A DNA stretch of 56,202 nucleotides from contig JAAZNP010000022.1 in NCBI GenBank assembly GCA_012798235.1, positions 1-56,202 of the forward strand, in the 5' to 3' direction. Below are positions 24,916-35,667 of this stretch, one piece after another (within the stretch, counting starts at the first letter, position 1; every line of letters starts with the position of its first letter). Both the position numbers and the translations under genes were made by a program. Under the pieces are notes generated by a model that made no database searches, had not been told where the DNA came from, and saw nothing but the letters and a program-made list of their open reading frames with translations. This stretch comes from Parcubacteria group bacterium. Lineage in GTDB: Bacteria > Patescibacteriota > Minisyncoccia > UBA6257.

Positions 24916-26259
24916 TTAAATAGTTTCTTTAAGATGTTTTTTCAGTTCGTCAATAATACGGTCAAAAGGAATAGTCTCCTGTAGCCCAGACACCATATCC
25001 TTTATTATTATCATACCATCTAGTACCTCTTGTTGTCCAAGGATTAAGGAGTAAAGAGCGCCTACACGATCAGCATTTTTAATTTGCGATTTAATATTAT
25101 CTTTTTCTAAATTAGATTCTACTGAAATATTAGCTTTGCGCAATTTTTCCAAAAGAATAAAAGCTTGTTTTTTAGCAGCATCACCAATCTGGATCAAAAA
25201 AACTTTTGGCTTGGGATATTCTAATTTCTTTTTCATTAATTTTAATTCGTCGACGATTCTTTCCACCCCAAAAGCCACTCCTACAGCTGGCCGGTCTAAT
25301 CCTCCTAATAATTTCACTAAATAATCATAACGTCCGCCACCGGCTAAGGCTAAATCACCAGCTTTATCTTTCTTTTTAATTTCAAAAACAGTGCGCGTAT
25401 AATAATCTAAACCTCGCACCAAGGTTTTATCTAAAACATAAGAAATGCCAAGAGAATCTAAAATATCTAAAACATTCTTAAAATGATTACGGCAATCATC
25501 GCATAAAAAATCTAAAAAGTTAGGCGCTTTTTCTTTGACATTTTTACATTTAGCATTTTTACAATCTAAAATACGCAGCGGATTCGTTTTTAATCTTTTT
25601 TTACAATCAGTGCAAATATCTTTTAAATGTTGTTGATAGTATTTAGTTAATGCCCGAATATAAATAGGGCGACATTTGTGGCAACCAATACTATTAATAC
25701 TTATTTCTAATTCGTTATGATTAAATCCTAAGTTTTCTAAAAAAACTTTTGCGGCTAAAATAATTTCTGCATCTAAGGCCGGGGAACTATCACCCAAGGA
25801 TTCAATATTTAATTGATAAAATTGACGATAGCGGCCGGCTTGGGGTTTTTCATGACGAAAAACAGGGCCAAAGGAATATAATTTCACGGGTTGCGGCCAA
25901 TTGAACATTCCATTTTCTACATAAGCCCTCACAATGCCAGCAGTATATTCGGGACGTAAGGCTAAAAACTCACCTTCTTCTTTGGTTTTTAAAGTGTACA
26001 TTTCTTTTTCTACAATATCAGTATTACTGCCAATACCTTTATTATATAAATCAGCTTTTTCTAAAATTGGCGGCTCGCACCTTCTAAAATTATAAAATTC
26101 TAAGGTTTTTTTTGCGGTTTGCAGTAAATAATCATAATAAAGAAAATCCTCGGGTAAAATATCCTTCATCCCACGAGGAGTTTGTAATAGGCGTCGTTTG
26201 TTAACACGGGGCAAATTGTTTTGTGTGTTTTTACTGCGCATAAGCATTATGGGGCACAT
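24916..26259 (-). CDS. hisS: histidyl-tRNA synthetase
   Basis: PRGMKDILP, class II motifs (FRHEKPQAGRYRQFYQ), a Cys-rich insertion domain, and GGGRYD. The true start may be M5 or M7 (26247/26241), because the first codons overlap the lepB 3' end. Confidence 0.9.
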   Translation of the reverse strand: MCPIMLMRSKNTQNNLPRVNKRRLLQTPRGMKDILPEDFLYYDYLLQTAKKTLEFYNFRRCEPPILEKADLYNKGIGSNTDIVEKEMYTLKTKEEGEFLALRPEYTAGIVRAYVENGMFNWPQPVKLYSFGPVFRHEKPQAGRYRQFYQLNIESLGDSSPALDAEIILAAKVFLENLGFNHNELEISINSIGCHKCRPIYIRALTKYYQQHLKDICTDCKKRLKTNPLRILDCKNAKCKNVKEKAPNFLDFLCDDCRNHFKNVLDILDSLGISYVLDKTLVRGLDYYTRTVFEIKKKDKAGDLALAGGGRYDYLVKLLGGLDRPAVGVAFGVERIVDELKLMKKKLEYPKPKVFLIQIGDAAKKQAFILLEKLRKANISVESNLEKDNIKSQIKNADRVGALYSLILGQQEVLDGMIIIKDMVSGLQETIPFDRIIDELKKHLKETI

Positions 26260-26794
26260 TAAAAATGGCTAAACGATTAAAAGGCCAGAGCCGTAGCCAC
26301 ACTCGGCCAATAATTAGATCTTTGGTAAAGGGACCCCAATTGCGAGAATCATAAGACGCCACACGATTATCACCTAAAGCAAAGTATTGCTGAGAATTAA
26401 GGGCGATAGTTAAATTACCTGAAGTAACAGTATTTGGGGCTAAAAAGTTTTCTTGGAGGGTAATTTTTTTACCCGAAGTATCGATAATAGAGACCTCGCC
26501 ATTATGAATTTCTACTGTTTCATTAGGCAAACCAATAATTCTTTTAATATAGTATTGATTAGGGTGATTAGGGGCTTTCAAAACAACAACTTCGTATCTT
26601 TGAGGAGGACGAAAGCGATAAGAAAGCTCATCAATAATGAGATAATCTTGGGTGAAAAAATTAGGCTCCATACTGCTTCCGTGGACAATAAAAGGTTGAA
26701 TTAAAAAATACCTGACTGGCAAAACAATCAATAAAGCAATAAGAACCATCTCTAAATTTTCCCATAGAATTTTCTTCCACATAAAAAATATCAA
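26231..26794 (-). CDS. lepB: signal peptidase I
   Basis: GSSMEPNF (Ser box), YIKRIIGLP (Lys box), GDNRVASYDSRNWG. Confidence 0.9.
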   Translation of the reverse strand: MIFFMWKKILWENLEMVLIALLIVLPVRYFLIQPFIVHGSSMEPNFFTQDYLIIDELSYRFRPPQRYEVVVLKAPNHPNQYYIKRIIGLPNETVEIHNGEVSIIDTSGKKITLQENFLAPNTVTSGNLTIALNSQQYFALGDNRVASYDSRNWGPFTKDLIIGRVWLRLWPFNRLAIFNVPHNAYAQ

Positions 26795-26822
26795 TAAAAG
26801 TTAAAAAAGCATACCATAAAAA

Positions 26823-27863
26823 TTGCCGAAAATCAAATTTCTTGCTAAATTAAAGGTAGTGACTAAACGTAAACATTTAATCTTTATCAGTTTAGGAGTC
26901 CTTATTACCGGCCTCGTAATTTTATTATATTGGGGCGTAAATCACCCTAATGAATTAGGTATCAGTCTATCTAATACTTTCGATTTACAAAAAACATCAT
27001 CTCGGCCAGAAGTAATTAATATTCTTGTTTTAGGAGTGGCGGGTAATGGTTCTCGCGGCGCTTTATTAACGGATACCATAATTATCGCGAATATAAATTT
27101 GAATAAAAAACAAATAGCTTTCATTTCTCTCCCCCGAGATTTATGGATTAGGGCTCCTCATTCACAGCAAGAAATGAAATTAAACGCCCTTTATTTATTT
27201 AACAATAATAATAAATCAGATTTCACTAAAGCTAAATCCTATAATTTAGTGCAAGAAAAAATTGAAGAAATAACTGGTTTAAAAATAAATTATGTTATTG
27301 TTTTTGATCTTGTTGGTTTTAGTAAATTAGTTGATGCTCTTGGCGGTATTAATATTTATCTCACCAAAGAAATGATTGACCCTAATTTAGTTAACCCTCA
27401 TAATCCTTCGGAGATGTTCGATTTAACTCCTGGTTGGCATTATTTAGATGGGGCAACAGCGGTAAAATTTGTTCGTACTCGTTATGCACCCGAAGGAGAT
27501 TTTTATCGCATGAACAACCAACATCTTGTTATTGCTGCCTTGCGTGACAAAATTATCCAATTATCAAATGTCTGGAATTTAATGTCCTGGCTGAAACTTT
27601 ACGAATCTATAAGCTCTCATTATATTACTAATTTGGATTTTAATACTCTCTGGGAATTATTTAATGCTATTAAAAATATTAAAAATAACCAAATTAAATA
27701 CTTAAGCGTCACTAATCGTCCGCCAAATAATTTACTCATTAGTTCATCAGTGCCGGGTATTTACGAGAATGCTACTACCAGTGTTTATGTTCTTCTACCT
27801 CGTTCTGGTTTTGAGCAATATGAAGGCATAAAACAATTTATTACCGACTCTTTAAATAACTAA
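26823..27863 (+). CDS. LytR-CpsA-Psr (LCP) family protein
   Basis: N-terminal TM. LLTDTIIIANINLNKKQIAFISLPRDLW and VKFVRTRY...GDFYRMNNQ. The track start is a TTG, so the start is uncertain. Confidence 0.8.
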   Translation: MPKIKFLAKLKVVTKRKHLIFISLGVLITGLVILLYWGVNHPNELGISLSNTFDLQKTSSRPEVINILVLGVAGNGSRGALLTDTIIIANINLNKKQIAFISLPRDLWIRAPHSQQEMKLNALYLFNNNNKSDFTKAKSYNLVQEKIEEITGLKINYVIVFDLVGFSKLVDALGGINIYLTKEMIDPNLVNPHNPSEMFDLTPGWHYLDGATAVKFVRTRYAPEGDFYRMNNQHLVIAALRDKIIQLSNVWNLMSWLKLYESISSHYITNLDFNTLWELFNAIKNIKNNQIKYLSVTNRPPNNLLISSSVPGIYENATTSVYVLLPRSGFEQYEGIKQFITDSLNN

Positions 27864-27867
27864 AGTT

Positions 27868-28416
27868 ATGGTTCCTTCTTATCTTATCATCGGCCTCGGG
27901 AATCCTGGCTTGAAATATCAAAAAACTCGCCATAATATTGGCCAGGAATTTGTTAAATGGCTGCAACAGCAAGAACAATTTTCTGCGTGGCGAAGAGAAA
28001 AAAAATATTTCTGTGAATTAAGCCAAGGCAAAATATTAGGACAAAATATTATTTTAGTTCTGCCTTTAACATTTATGAATGAGGCAGGAAAAATTATTAA
28101 TAAATTAACCAAATATTTTCCTGTAACCTTAAAACACATTATCGTTATTCATGATGATAATGATATTCCAATAGGAAAATTCAAACTAAGTTTTAATCAC
28201 GGTTCAGCTGGACACAAAGGAGTTGATTCTTTGATTAAAAATTTATCTGGTCAAAATTTTTATCGTCTAAGAATCGGGATCCAGCCTCAAACTAAAATGC
28301 GGAAAAAAGCTGAAGATATAGTATTAAAAAAATTCTCTCCCGAAGAGAGAAAATTAATTATTGATAAATTTTCTTTGATGAAAGAACGATTAGAAAAAGA
28401 AATACTTACTAAGTAA
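27868..28416 (+). CDS. pth: peptidyl-tRNA hydrolase
   Basis: LIIGLGNPGLKYQKTRHNIG, VIHDDNDIPIGKFKL, HGSAGHKG. Confidence 0.9.
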   Translation: MVPSYLIIGLGNPGLKYQKTRHNIGQEFVKWLQQQEQFSAWRREKKYFCELSQGKILGQNIILVLPLTFMNEAGKIINKLTKYFPVTLKHIIVIHDDNDIPIGKFKLSFNHGSAGHKGVDSLIKNLSGQNFYRLRIGIQPQTKMRKKAEDIVLKKFSPEERKLIIDKFSLMKERLEKEILTK

Positions 28417-29050
28417 AGGTTAAAAGAAAATACTGCAGAAATAAAATTAGGGTGCCAAATTGCAATCCGTTTAATGATAATAAGGCAAATAAACAATAAG
28501 CTTCTAGGTTAATTAATAAATAAATTAAATAATTAATTGATATTTCTTTATCTAAATTCAAAAAGTTCAAAAAAGAAATTAATAATAATCCCAAAAAATA
28601 AACAATAAAACTCAAAAAGAAAGGTTGGTTACGATAAAAATATAATCCATAAGATAATAAAATCCAGCCGGTAGCGATAAAATAACTTAAAAAGAGGCTG
28701 GATTTTTTGTTATCAGTAATTATTTTTTTAAAAAATAATACTAATAATAAAACAAAAAGTACTGCTAGCCATAATGGTTTAAACCAATAGGCCACGGTAG
28801 CGATTTCGAGGTAACCGAGCAATAAATAGCAGAAATTAAGCCAGGAAAGACCAACAACTATTTTCCAAAATAGCACAATAACAAAACTAGCAATCATGCC
28901 CTTCCAAATTGAAGGAAATACAAAAATAAAAAGAACACTCATGATAATATAGAGGCCATAAAAAATGATGCTCTTTAATTGTGGGATATTTAAAGAATGA
29001 AAAAAATTTTTAATAGTAGCGCTCAAATGATGAATTTTAAGCATGAGCAA
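28409..29050 (-). CDS. hypothetical polytopic membrane protein
   Basis: ORF track. About 6 hydrophobic segments. Overlaps the clpB 3' end by 14 nt. Confidence 0.6.
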   Translation of the reverse strand: MLMLKIHHLSATIKNFFHSLNIPQLKSIIFYGLYIIMSVLFIFVFPSIWKGMIASFVIVLFWKIVVGLSWLNFCYLLLGYLEIATVAYWFKPLWLAVLFVLLLVLFFKKIITDNKKSSLFLSYFIATGWILLSYGLYFYRNQPFFLSFIVYFLGLLLISFLNFLNLDKEISINYLIYLLINLEAYCLFALLSLNGLQFGTLILFLQYFLLTFT

Positions 29051-31670
29051 TCTTCAATTCTAACTTATTGTTCTTCACAATCACAGAAACTTTTTGTTTT
29101 CCCTTAACCTCATTATTAATAATTTTCTCAGCTAAAGAATCAAGAATTTCTCTTTCAATGAGACGTTTTAAAGGACGTGCACCATAATTAGGGTCATATC
29201 CTTTTTGCGCTAGATACCGTTTAGCTTCGGGAGATATTTCTAATCGAATATCTTTTTCCAAGAGACGATTAATAACTTTTTCCAACTGAAGATTTACTAT
29301 TTGTTCAATATCTTTATGAGTTAAAGGATTAAAAATAATAATTTAATCAATACGATTCAAAAATTCAGGGCGAAAATGATCTCTTAAAGCCTCCATTATT
29401 TTCTCTTTTAAATTCGCCTGCTGATTTTTAGCTTCATTGTCTTGTTTATAATCAAATCCTAAACTAGCCATTTCTCGAATATACTCGCCACCTAAATTAG
29501 AAGTCATAATAATAATGGTGTTTTTGAAATTCACTGTTCTCCCTTTACCATCAGTTAAACGACCATTATCTAATATCTGGAGAAGAATATTAAAAACCTC
29601 AGGATGAGCTTTCTCGATTTCATCAAATAAAATTAAACTATAGGGACGATGTTTAACTATTTCTGTTAATTGTCCTCCTTCTTCATAGCCAACATAGCCT
29701 GGTGGCGAACCAATTAAACGGCTGACAGTATGTTTTTCCATATATTCCGACATATCAATTCTAATCATTGCCTTTTCATCAGAAAACATAAACTCAGCTA
29801 AAGCGCGAGCCAATTCAGTTTTACCAACACCAGTAGGCCCTAAAAACATAAAAGAACCACTAGGTCGATCCTCTTCTGAAATTCCCGCCCGAGCTCTTCT
29901 AATAGCGCGGCTAATAGCTTTAATGGCTTCGATTTGGCCTACCACGCGACGGCTCAAAACCTCTTCAATGCGAGATAATTTTTTGCTCTCATCTTCAAGC
30001 ATTTCGGTTACAGGAATACCTGTCCAGCGTGACACTACTCGCGCGATATCCTCGCTTGTTACTTCTTCTTTAAGAAATCTATTTTTCGGCTCTATTTTAT
30101 CAAGAATCTTTTCTTTATTTTTTAATTCTTTAGTTAATTGCGGTAGACGGCCATAAAGAATTTCGGCCATTTTTTCCAAATTACCTTGTCGTTCCTCTTC
30201 CTGCATTTCTCTTTTTAAATCTTCAATTTCTTTTTTAATTTGACCAATATCATTAAAAATATCTTTTTCTTTCTTCCAAACGGCGAAAATATTGTTATAT
30301 TTCTGTTTTAATTTTTTAAGTTCCGCTTCTAAAGTTTTTAAATTGTTAGCAGTGGTTTTATGCTTTTCTTTCTTTAGAGCTTCTTTTTCTAATTCCAAAT
30401 TTTTGATTTTCTTTTCTAATTCCACGATAGAAAAAGGCGTGCTGCCGATATCTAAACTTAAAGCAGAAGCAGCTTCATCAATTAAATCAATGGCCTTATC
30501 GGGCAAAAAACGAGAAGTAATATAGCGGCTGGATAATTTTACTGCCGTAACAATTGCTTCATCAGATATTTTTAACCCATGATGAGCTTCGTATTTTTCT
30601 TTAAGCCCACGTAAAATATTAATTGCTTCTTCTGGAGATGGTTCTTCTACAATAATGGGTTGGAAACGACGCTCAAAAGCTGGATCTTTTTCAATATATT
30701 CCCGATAATCTTTATAAGTAGTAGCGCCAATTACTCTTAATTCCCCACGGGCTAAAGCGGGTTTTAATAAGTTAGACGCATCAATGGCTCCTTCGGCTGC
30801 CCCGGCTCCTACCAAAGTATGAATTTCATCAATAAAGGTGATGACATTTCCTGCTTTCTGAATTTCTTTTAAAACCTTTTTTAAACGTTCTTCAAATTCT
30901 CCTCGAAATCTAGTGCCAGCAATTAAAGCTCCAATATCTAAAGATAGAATTCGTTTATCTTTCAAAATTTCAGGCACATCGTTTTTACTAATGCGTTGCG
31001 CTAAACCTTCAACAATAGCGGTCTTCCCTACACCAGCTTCACCAATTAAAATGGGATTATTTTTTGTACGACGCGATAAAATCTGCATTACTCTTCGCAG
31101 TTCTTCTTCGCGACCAATTACAGGGTCTAGTTTATTTTGTTTGGCTAATTCCACCAAATCCTGACTATATTTTTCAATTAATTTGCCACCAGGTTCCTGA
31201 AATTCATCAGTAATTTTTTCTCCTTGATTATATTCAGCCACTGCTTTGAGAAATTCTTCTTTTTTAATGTTATATTTAGAAAGAATATCTTGGGCAGAAT
31301 TTTTACCAGCTAAAATACCGTAAAACAGATATTCTGGGGACACAAAATCATTTTTATCTTCGCTGGATTTACGACTTGCTAATTCAATAATCTGAATCAT
31401 CTCTGGCGACAAATACATTTGTCCCATGCCTTCGCCAGCAACAAAAATTCGTGGCAGCTTAATAATTTCCTCCATTACTTCTTTCAAAAAAGTCTCAATA
31501 TCAATATTAAAAGAGCTGTTTAAAATATCGCGAACCGCTGAAGTCTCTTCATCAATTAAGGTATATAAAAGATGGAGGGCTCGCATTTCTCCCTGATGTC
31601 TTTCCCAAGCCATTTGTTGAGCACGTTCTAGCGCTACTTGAGCTTTATTGGTAAAACGAGAAAAGGGCAT
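29037..31670 (-). pseudogene. clpB: clpB (Hsp100 disaggregase) interrupted by a single in-frame TAA
   Basis: Track ORFs 29343..31670 and 29037..29285 are in the same frame. The minus strand reads ...FLNRID-TAA-IIIFNPLTHKDIEQIVNLQLEKVINRL..., where ClpB has NRIDE-(hydrophobic)4-F.PL. So TAA (29345..29343) replaces a conserved Glu codon (GAA). Both Walker A sites ([16 protein letters not shown]) and the M-domain coiled coil are present. Confidence 0.85.
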
Positions 31671-31704
31671 AAAATTTAAACTATTATAAAGTTAACTATT
31701 AAAA

Positions 31705-31734
31705 AGTATAGCATAAACAAATCGGTTTTTACAA
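31705..31734 (-). promoter_or_regulatory. clpB promoter TTGTAA-18-(TGc)TATACT
   Basis: Minus strand: TTGTAAaaaccgatttgtttaTGcTATACT. It has the same architecture as the promoter at 15005..15033. Confidence 0.45.
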
Positions 31735-31742
31735 AAGCTGAA

Positions 31743-32027
31743 TTATTTTTTCTTTTTTACCTTTAGACGCTGAGGAGTCCAAAGCGGATTAAAAGTTAAT
31801 TCAATATCAATTTTTTTGAATTTTAATTTTAGAAGTTCTTGTTTTACTTGATCTAATAAATAGTTATTAAAAGGGCATAAAGGGCTGGTTAAAGTCATAA
31901 GCACTTTAATAGAGTTATTTTTCTTATTGATATCAATGCTATAGATTAGCCCCAAATTAACAATATCAATACCTATTTCAGGATCAATAATATTTTTAAG
32001 TGCTTTCAATACTTGTGTTTTAGTCAT
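31743..32027 (-). CDS. DUF59/MIP18-family Fe-S assembly-related protein
   Basis: IIDPEIGIDIVNLGLIY ... TLTSPLCP. The ATG overlaps the rpoC stop (TAATG). Confidence 0.75.
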   Translation of the reverse strand: MTKTQVLKALKNIIDPEIGIDIVNLGLIYSIDINKKNNSIKVLMTLTSPLCPFNNYLLDQVKQELLKLKFKKIDIELTFNPLWTPQRLKVKKKK

Positions 32028-35000
32028 TAATTAGTAACAATTTTACGAAAACCAGTACCAGCCGGGATTAAGCGGCCAATAATAACATTTTCTTTCAAAC
32101 CACGTAAATAATCCTGGCGGCCTTCTAAAGCAGCTTTCACTAAAACACGGGTTGTTTCCTGGAAAGAAGCAGGGGCTAAAACGCTAGAAGAAGTTAAAGC
32201 CACGTTTTTAATTCCTAAAACAGTTTCTTCGGCCCGAGGTGGTTTTTTCTTTTGAGATTTCATTTCGGCTACCTTTTGATTAAAAACTTCTTTTTCTATA
32301 ATCTCCCCTGTCAAAAAATCGCTTTCACCAGGATCAATAATTTTTACACGAGAAAACATTTGCCTAATAATTACCTCTAAATGTTTATCATTAATTTTTT
32401 CTCCGGCTAGATTATACACTTTCTTAATTTCTTTTAAGATATAATTTTGGCAGGCTTCTTTCCCTAAAATTTTAAGAATCTTTTTAAGATTTAAATTTCC
32501 TTCGCAAAGTTGATCCCCTCTTTTCACTTTATCTCCGGTTTTCACCCACAAAGTAGCAATTTCTGGAATAATATATTCAACAACATCACTATTTTTTGTC
32601 TTTTTGGATTTTTTCTTTTCTTCCTTAGGAAGAAGTGGTTTGATATGAATAACTTTATGGTGAGCTGTTTTTTCAATATCAATAATCTCTCCTTCGACAT
32701 CACTAAGAGGCGCTTCTCCTTTAGGAATACGAGCTTCTACTAACTCTTCTACACGAGGTAAACCTTGAGTAATATCAACTGCCTGAGCAACGCCACCAGT
32801 ATGAAAAGTTCTTAAAGTTAATTGCGTCCCAGGTTCACCAATAGACTGAGCTGCAATAATACCGATTGCTTCTCCTAAATCAATGGGTTTTAGCCAACCT
32901 AAATCCAAACCATAGCATTTTTGACAAACACCATAAGGAGTTTCGCAAGTTAGAGGAGAGCGAACCACTACTTCATCACAATTATCATTAATCTCTTGAG
33001 ATAATTTTTCATCAATTAATTCATTAGCTTTAAGAATAACTGTTCCTTTTTTAGAAATAGCATCTTTTAATAAATAGCGGCCACGAATTTTATCTTCAAA
33101 TTTTTCTCCCATCTCTGTAACTTCTTTTTTATTAATTACTAAACCATTTTGAGTATGGCAATCTTCCTCTCGTACAATTACCTCTTGACTTACATCTACT
33201 AAACGTCTCGTTAAATAACCAGCAAAAGATGTCTTTAAAGCAGTATCAGCTAAACCTTTTCTACCTCCGTGAGACGCAGCAAAATATTCCAACACATTAA
33301 ATCCTTCCTGATGAGAATGAATAATTGGCAAATCAATAATTTTCCCGGCCGGATTCACGACTAAACCTTTCATGCCCATAATTTGCGTCGCGACTCCCCA
33401 ATCGCCACCGGAACCTGAATTAAAAATAATTGCCGCCGAATCAATAACGGATAAAGTCTTGGGAATTAAATCCGTAATTTGGGAAACAGCATGCCGCCAT
33501 TGTTCCTCGGCTAAAGCCTTTCTTTCAGCAGCGGTTAATAATCCTTCTTGATACTGGGAATTAATTTCGTCAATTTTACGTTGCGTGTTTTCCAAAATAT
33601 ATGGTTTTTCTTCTGGAACACGTAATTCAGTTAAACCCCAGGTTATACCAGATACAGTAGCGTAATAAAAACCTAATTCTTTGATAGCATCAAGAATATC
33701 AGAACAGCGATTGAAATCTTTATAAAAATAAATTATGTCGCGGGTGATTTTTTTAAGATCGCGAGCGGCTAATTGCTTATTAATATAAGGAAAATCTTCT
33801 GGTAAAACATTGTTGAAAATAACTCTTCCGGGAGTGGTAATAATAATTTCTCCTTTCTTTTCTCCATCATTCGAATCTTTTTCTAGGCGTAATTTAATTT
33901 TTTCTTGAAAAGTAACTTTTTTATTCTCTAAAGCTAAAAACACTTCTTTATTATTAGCAAATATTTTATAGTCTTTTTCCTCTCGCTCCATCGCCACGTC
34001 CATGGTTAACCAATAAATACCTAAAATCATATCTTTACGAGGCAACATTACTGGGTCGCCATCAGCTGGTTTCAGTAACCCCAGACTGGCTAACATTCTA
34101 TTTTGCGCTTCTCGTTGTGCTTCTTCAGTTAAAGGTAAATGCACTGCCATTTGATCACCATCAAAATCAGCATTAAAGGGTTGACAAACTAAAGCTGGAA
34201 TTTGAATCGCTAAACCTTCGGTTAAACGTGGCTGGAAAGCTTCTACGCTTAAACGATGCAGAGTTGGCGCTCGATTCAATAAGACATATTTTCCTTTAAC
34301 GACGGTTTCCAAAATTTCCCAAACAATATCTGGGCCTTCTTCAATTAAACGATTAGCCGCCCGAGGATTAAAAACAATCTCGCGTTTCATTAATTCGCCA
34401 ATAACAAATGGTTTAAATAATTCCAAAGCCATCTTTTTAGGAATACCGCATTCATGAATATGCAAATCAGGGCCAATCACAATTACTGATCTACCAGAAT
34501 AATCAACTCTTTTACCTAAAAGATTTTGACGAAAACGGCCTTGTTTTCCCTGCAAAATATCTGCCAAAGAACGCAAAGGTCGGTGCTGAGCCGCATGCAT
34601 CGGCGCTGTTCCGGAAGTTTTTCTAATAGAATTATCAATCAAAGCATCCACTGCTTCTTGTAGCATGCGTTTTTCATTTTTAATAATAACTTCGGGCGCT
34701 TTTAATTCTAACAATTTTTTCAAACGATTATTACGATTAATAACACGACGATATAAATCGTTTAAATCAGAAGAGGCAAAACGGCCACCATCTAATTGCA
34801 CCATTGGCCTCAACTCAGGAGGCAAAACAGGCAAGACGGTTAAAAACATCCATTCCGGACGAATACCTGATTTTATCATCGATCTCACCAATCTGAGACG
34901 AGCTAAAATCTTTTTATCTAATTGAGTATGGCGTTTAGATTTTGTAATAGTTTCTTCTAATTCCTGAGCCAATTTTTTAAGATCAAGTTCTTCTAACAGT

Positions 35001-35665
35001 TTTTTAACCGGTTCGCTGCCAGTGGCTGCGCTAAAAATATGAGCATATTCTTTAGATAATCGCAAATAATCAATTTCTGATAAAACCATTTTGGGTCTTA
35101 ATATTTCTAATTCATTCTTCGCTTTATAATATGAAGATTCTAATTCTTTTCTTTTATCTTTGGGCCAATTTTTAATTTTATTCTTAAATTCTTTTTCTAG
35201 ATTTTCTAGAGCTTTAGCTTTAGCTTCTTCATCAACCGCAGTAACAATATAGCTATTGTAATAAATAACTTTCTCTAGAGCGGGAGAAGAAATATCCAGC
35301 ATCAAACTAATTCTTGAAGGAATGCTTCTCAAAAACCAAATATGGGCTACAGGAGCAGCTAAAGCAATATGCCCCATTCTTTCTCTTCTGACAGATGATC
35401 TTGTTACCTCTACCCCACAACGATCACAAATCACTCCTTTATAACGAGCGGTTTTATATTTTCCACAAGCGCATTCATAATCTTTAATTGGTCCAAAAAT
35501 TTGTTCAGAAAATAAACCTTCTTTTTCTGGTTTCTGAGTACGATAATTTATAGTTTCGGCGCGAGTTACTTCACCTTGAGACCAAGAAAGAATTTCCTCT
35601 GGTGATGCTAATTTTAAAGCCAAAGCTTCAAAATCTTTTATTTTTAAATCTTTTGTTTCGGCCAT
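32027..35665 (-). CDS. rpoC: DNA-directed RNA polymerase subunit beta'
   Basis: Zn-binding CACGKY...CDRCGVEV, catalytic [12 protein letters not shown], and trigger-loop/bridge-helix regions. Confidence 0.97.
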   Translation of the reverse strand: MAETKDLKIKDFEALALKLASPEEILSWSQGEVTRAETINYRTQKPEKEGLFSEQIFGPIKDYECACGKYKTARYKGVICDRCGVEVTRSSVRRERMGHIALAAPVAHIWFLRSIPSRISLMLDISSPALEKVIYYNSYIVTAVDEEAKAKALENLEKEFKNKIKNWPKDKRKELESSYYKAKNELEILRPKMVLSEIDYLRLSKEYAHIFSAATGSEPVKKLLEELDLKKLAQELEETITKSKRHTQLDKKILARLRLVRSMIKSGIRPEWMFLTVLPVLPPELRPMVQLDGGRFASSDLNDLYRRVINRNNRLKKLLELKAPEVIIKNEKRMLQEAVDALIDNSIRKTSGTAPMHAAQHRPLRSLADILQGKQGRFRQNLLGKRVDYSGRSVIVIGPDLHIHECGIPKKMALELFKPFVIGELMKREIVFNPRAANRLIEEGPDIVWEILETVVKGKYVLLNRAPTLHRLSVEAFQPRLTEGLAIQIPALVCQPFNADFDGDQMAVHLPLTEEAQREAQNRMLASLGLLKPADGDPVMLPRKDMILGIYWLTMDVAMEREEKDYKIFANNKEVFLALENKKVTFQEKIKLRLEKDSNDGEKKGEIIITTPGRVIFNNVLPEDFPYINKQLAARDLKKITRDIIYFYKDFNRCSDILDAIKELGFYYATVSGITWGLTELRVPEEKPYILENTQRKIDEINSQYQEGLLTAAERKALAEEQWRHAVSQITDLIPKTLSVIDSAAIIFNSGSGGDWGVATQIMGMKGLVVNPAGKIIDLPIIHSHQEGFNVLEYFAASHGGRKGLADTALKTSFAGYLTRRLVDVSQEVIVREEDCHTQNGLVINKKEVTEMGEKFEDKIRGRYLLKDAISKKGTVILKANELIDEKLSQEINDNCDEVVVRSPLTCETPYGVCQKCYGLDLGWLKPIDLGEAIGIIAAQSIGEPGTQLTLRTFHTGGVAQAVDITQGLPRVEELVEARIPKGEAPLSDVEGEIIDIEKTAHHKVIHIKPLLPKEEKKKSKKTKNSDVVEYIIPEIATLWVKTGDKVKRGDQLCEGNLNLKKILKILGKEACQNYILKEIKKVYNLAGEKINDKHLEVIIRQMFSRVKIIDPGESDFLTGEIIEKEVFNQKVAEMKSQKKKPPRAEETVLGIKNVALTSSSVLAPASFQETTRVLVKAALEGRQDYLRGLKENVIIGRLIPAGTGFRKIVTN

Positions 35666-35667
35666 AA

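Noticed and set aside
29343-29345. In-frame TAA in clpB as evidence for an alternative genetic code
   Set aside because: TAA terminates many well-delimited genes in this window (for example the HAD gene, rpoC, nrdD and rpmI). No other conserved gene contains internal TAA/TAG/TGA. A point mutation or sequencing error is far more likely than stop-codon reassignment.
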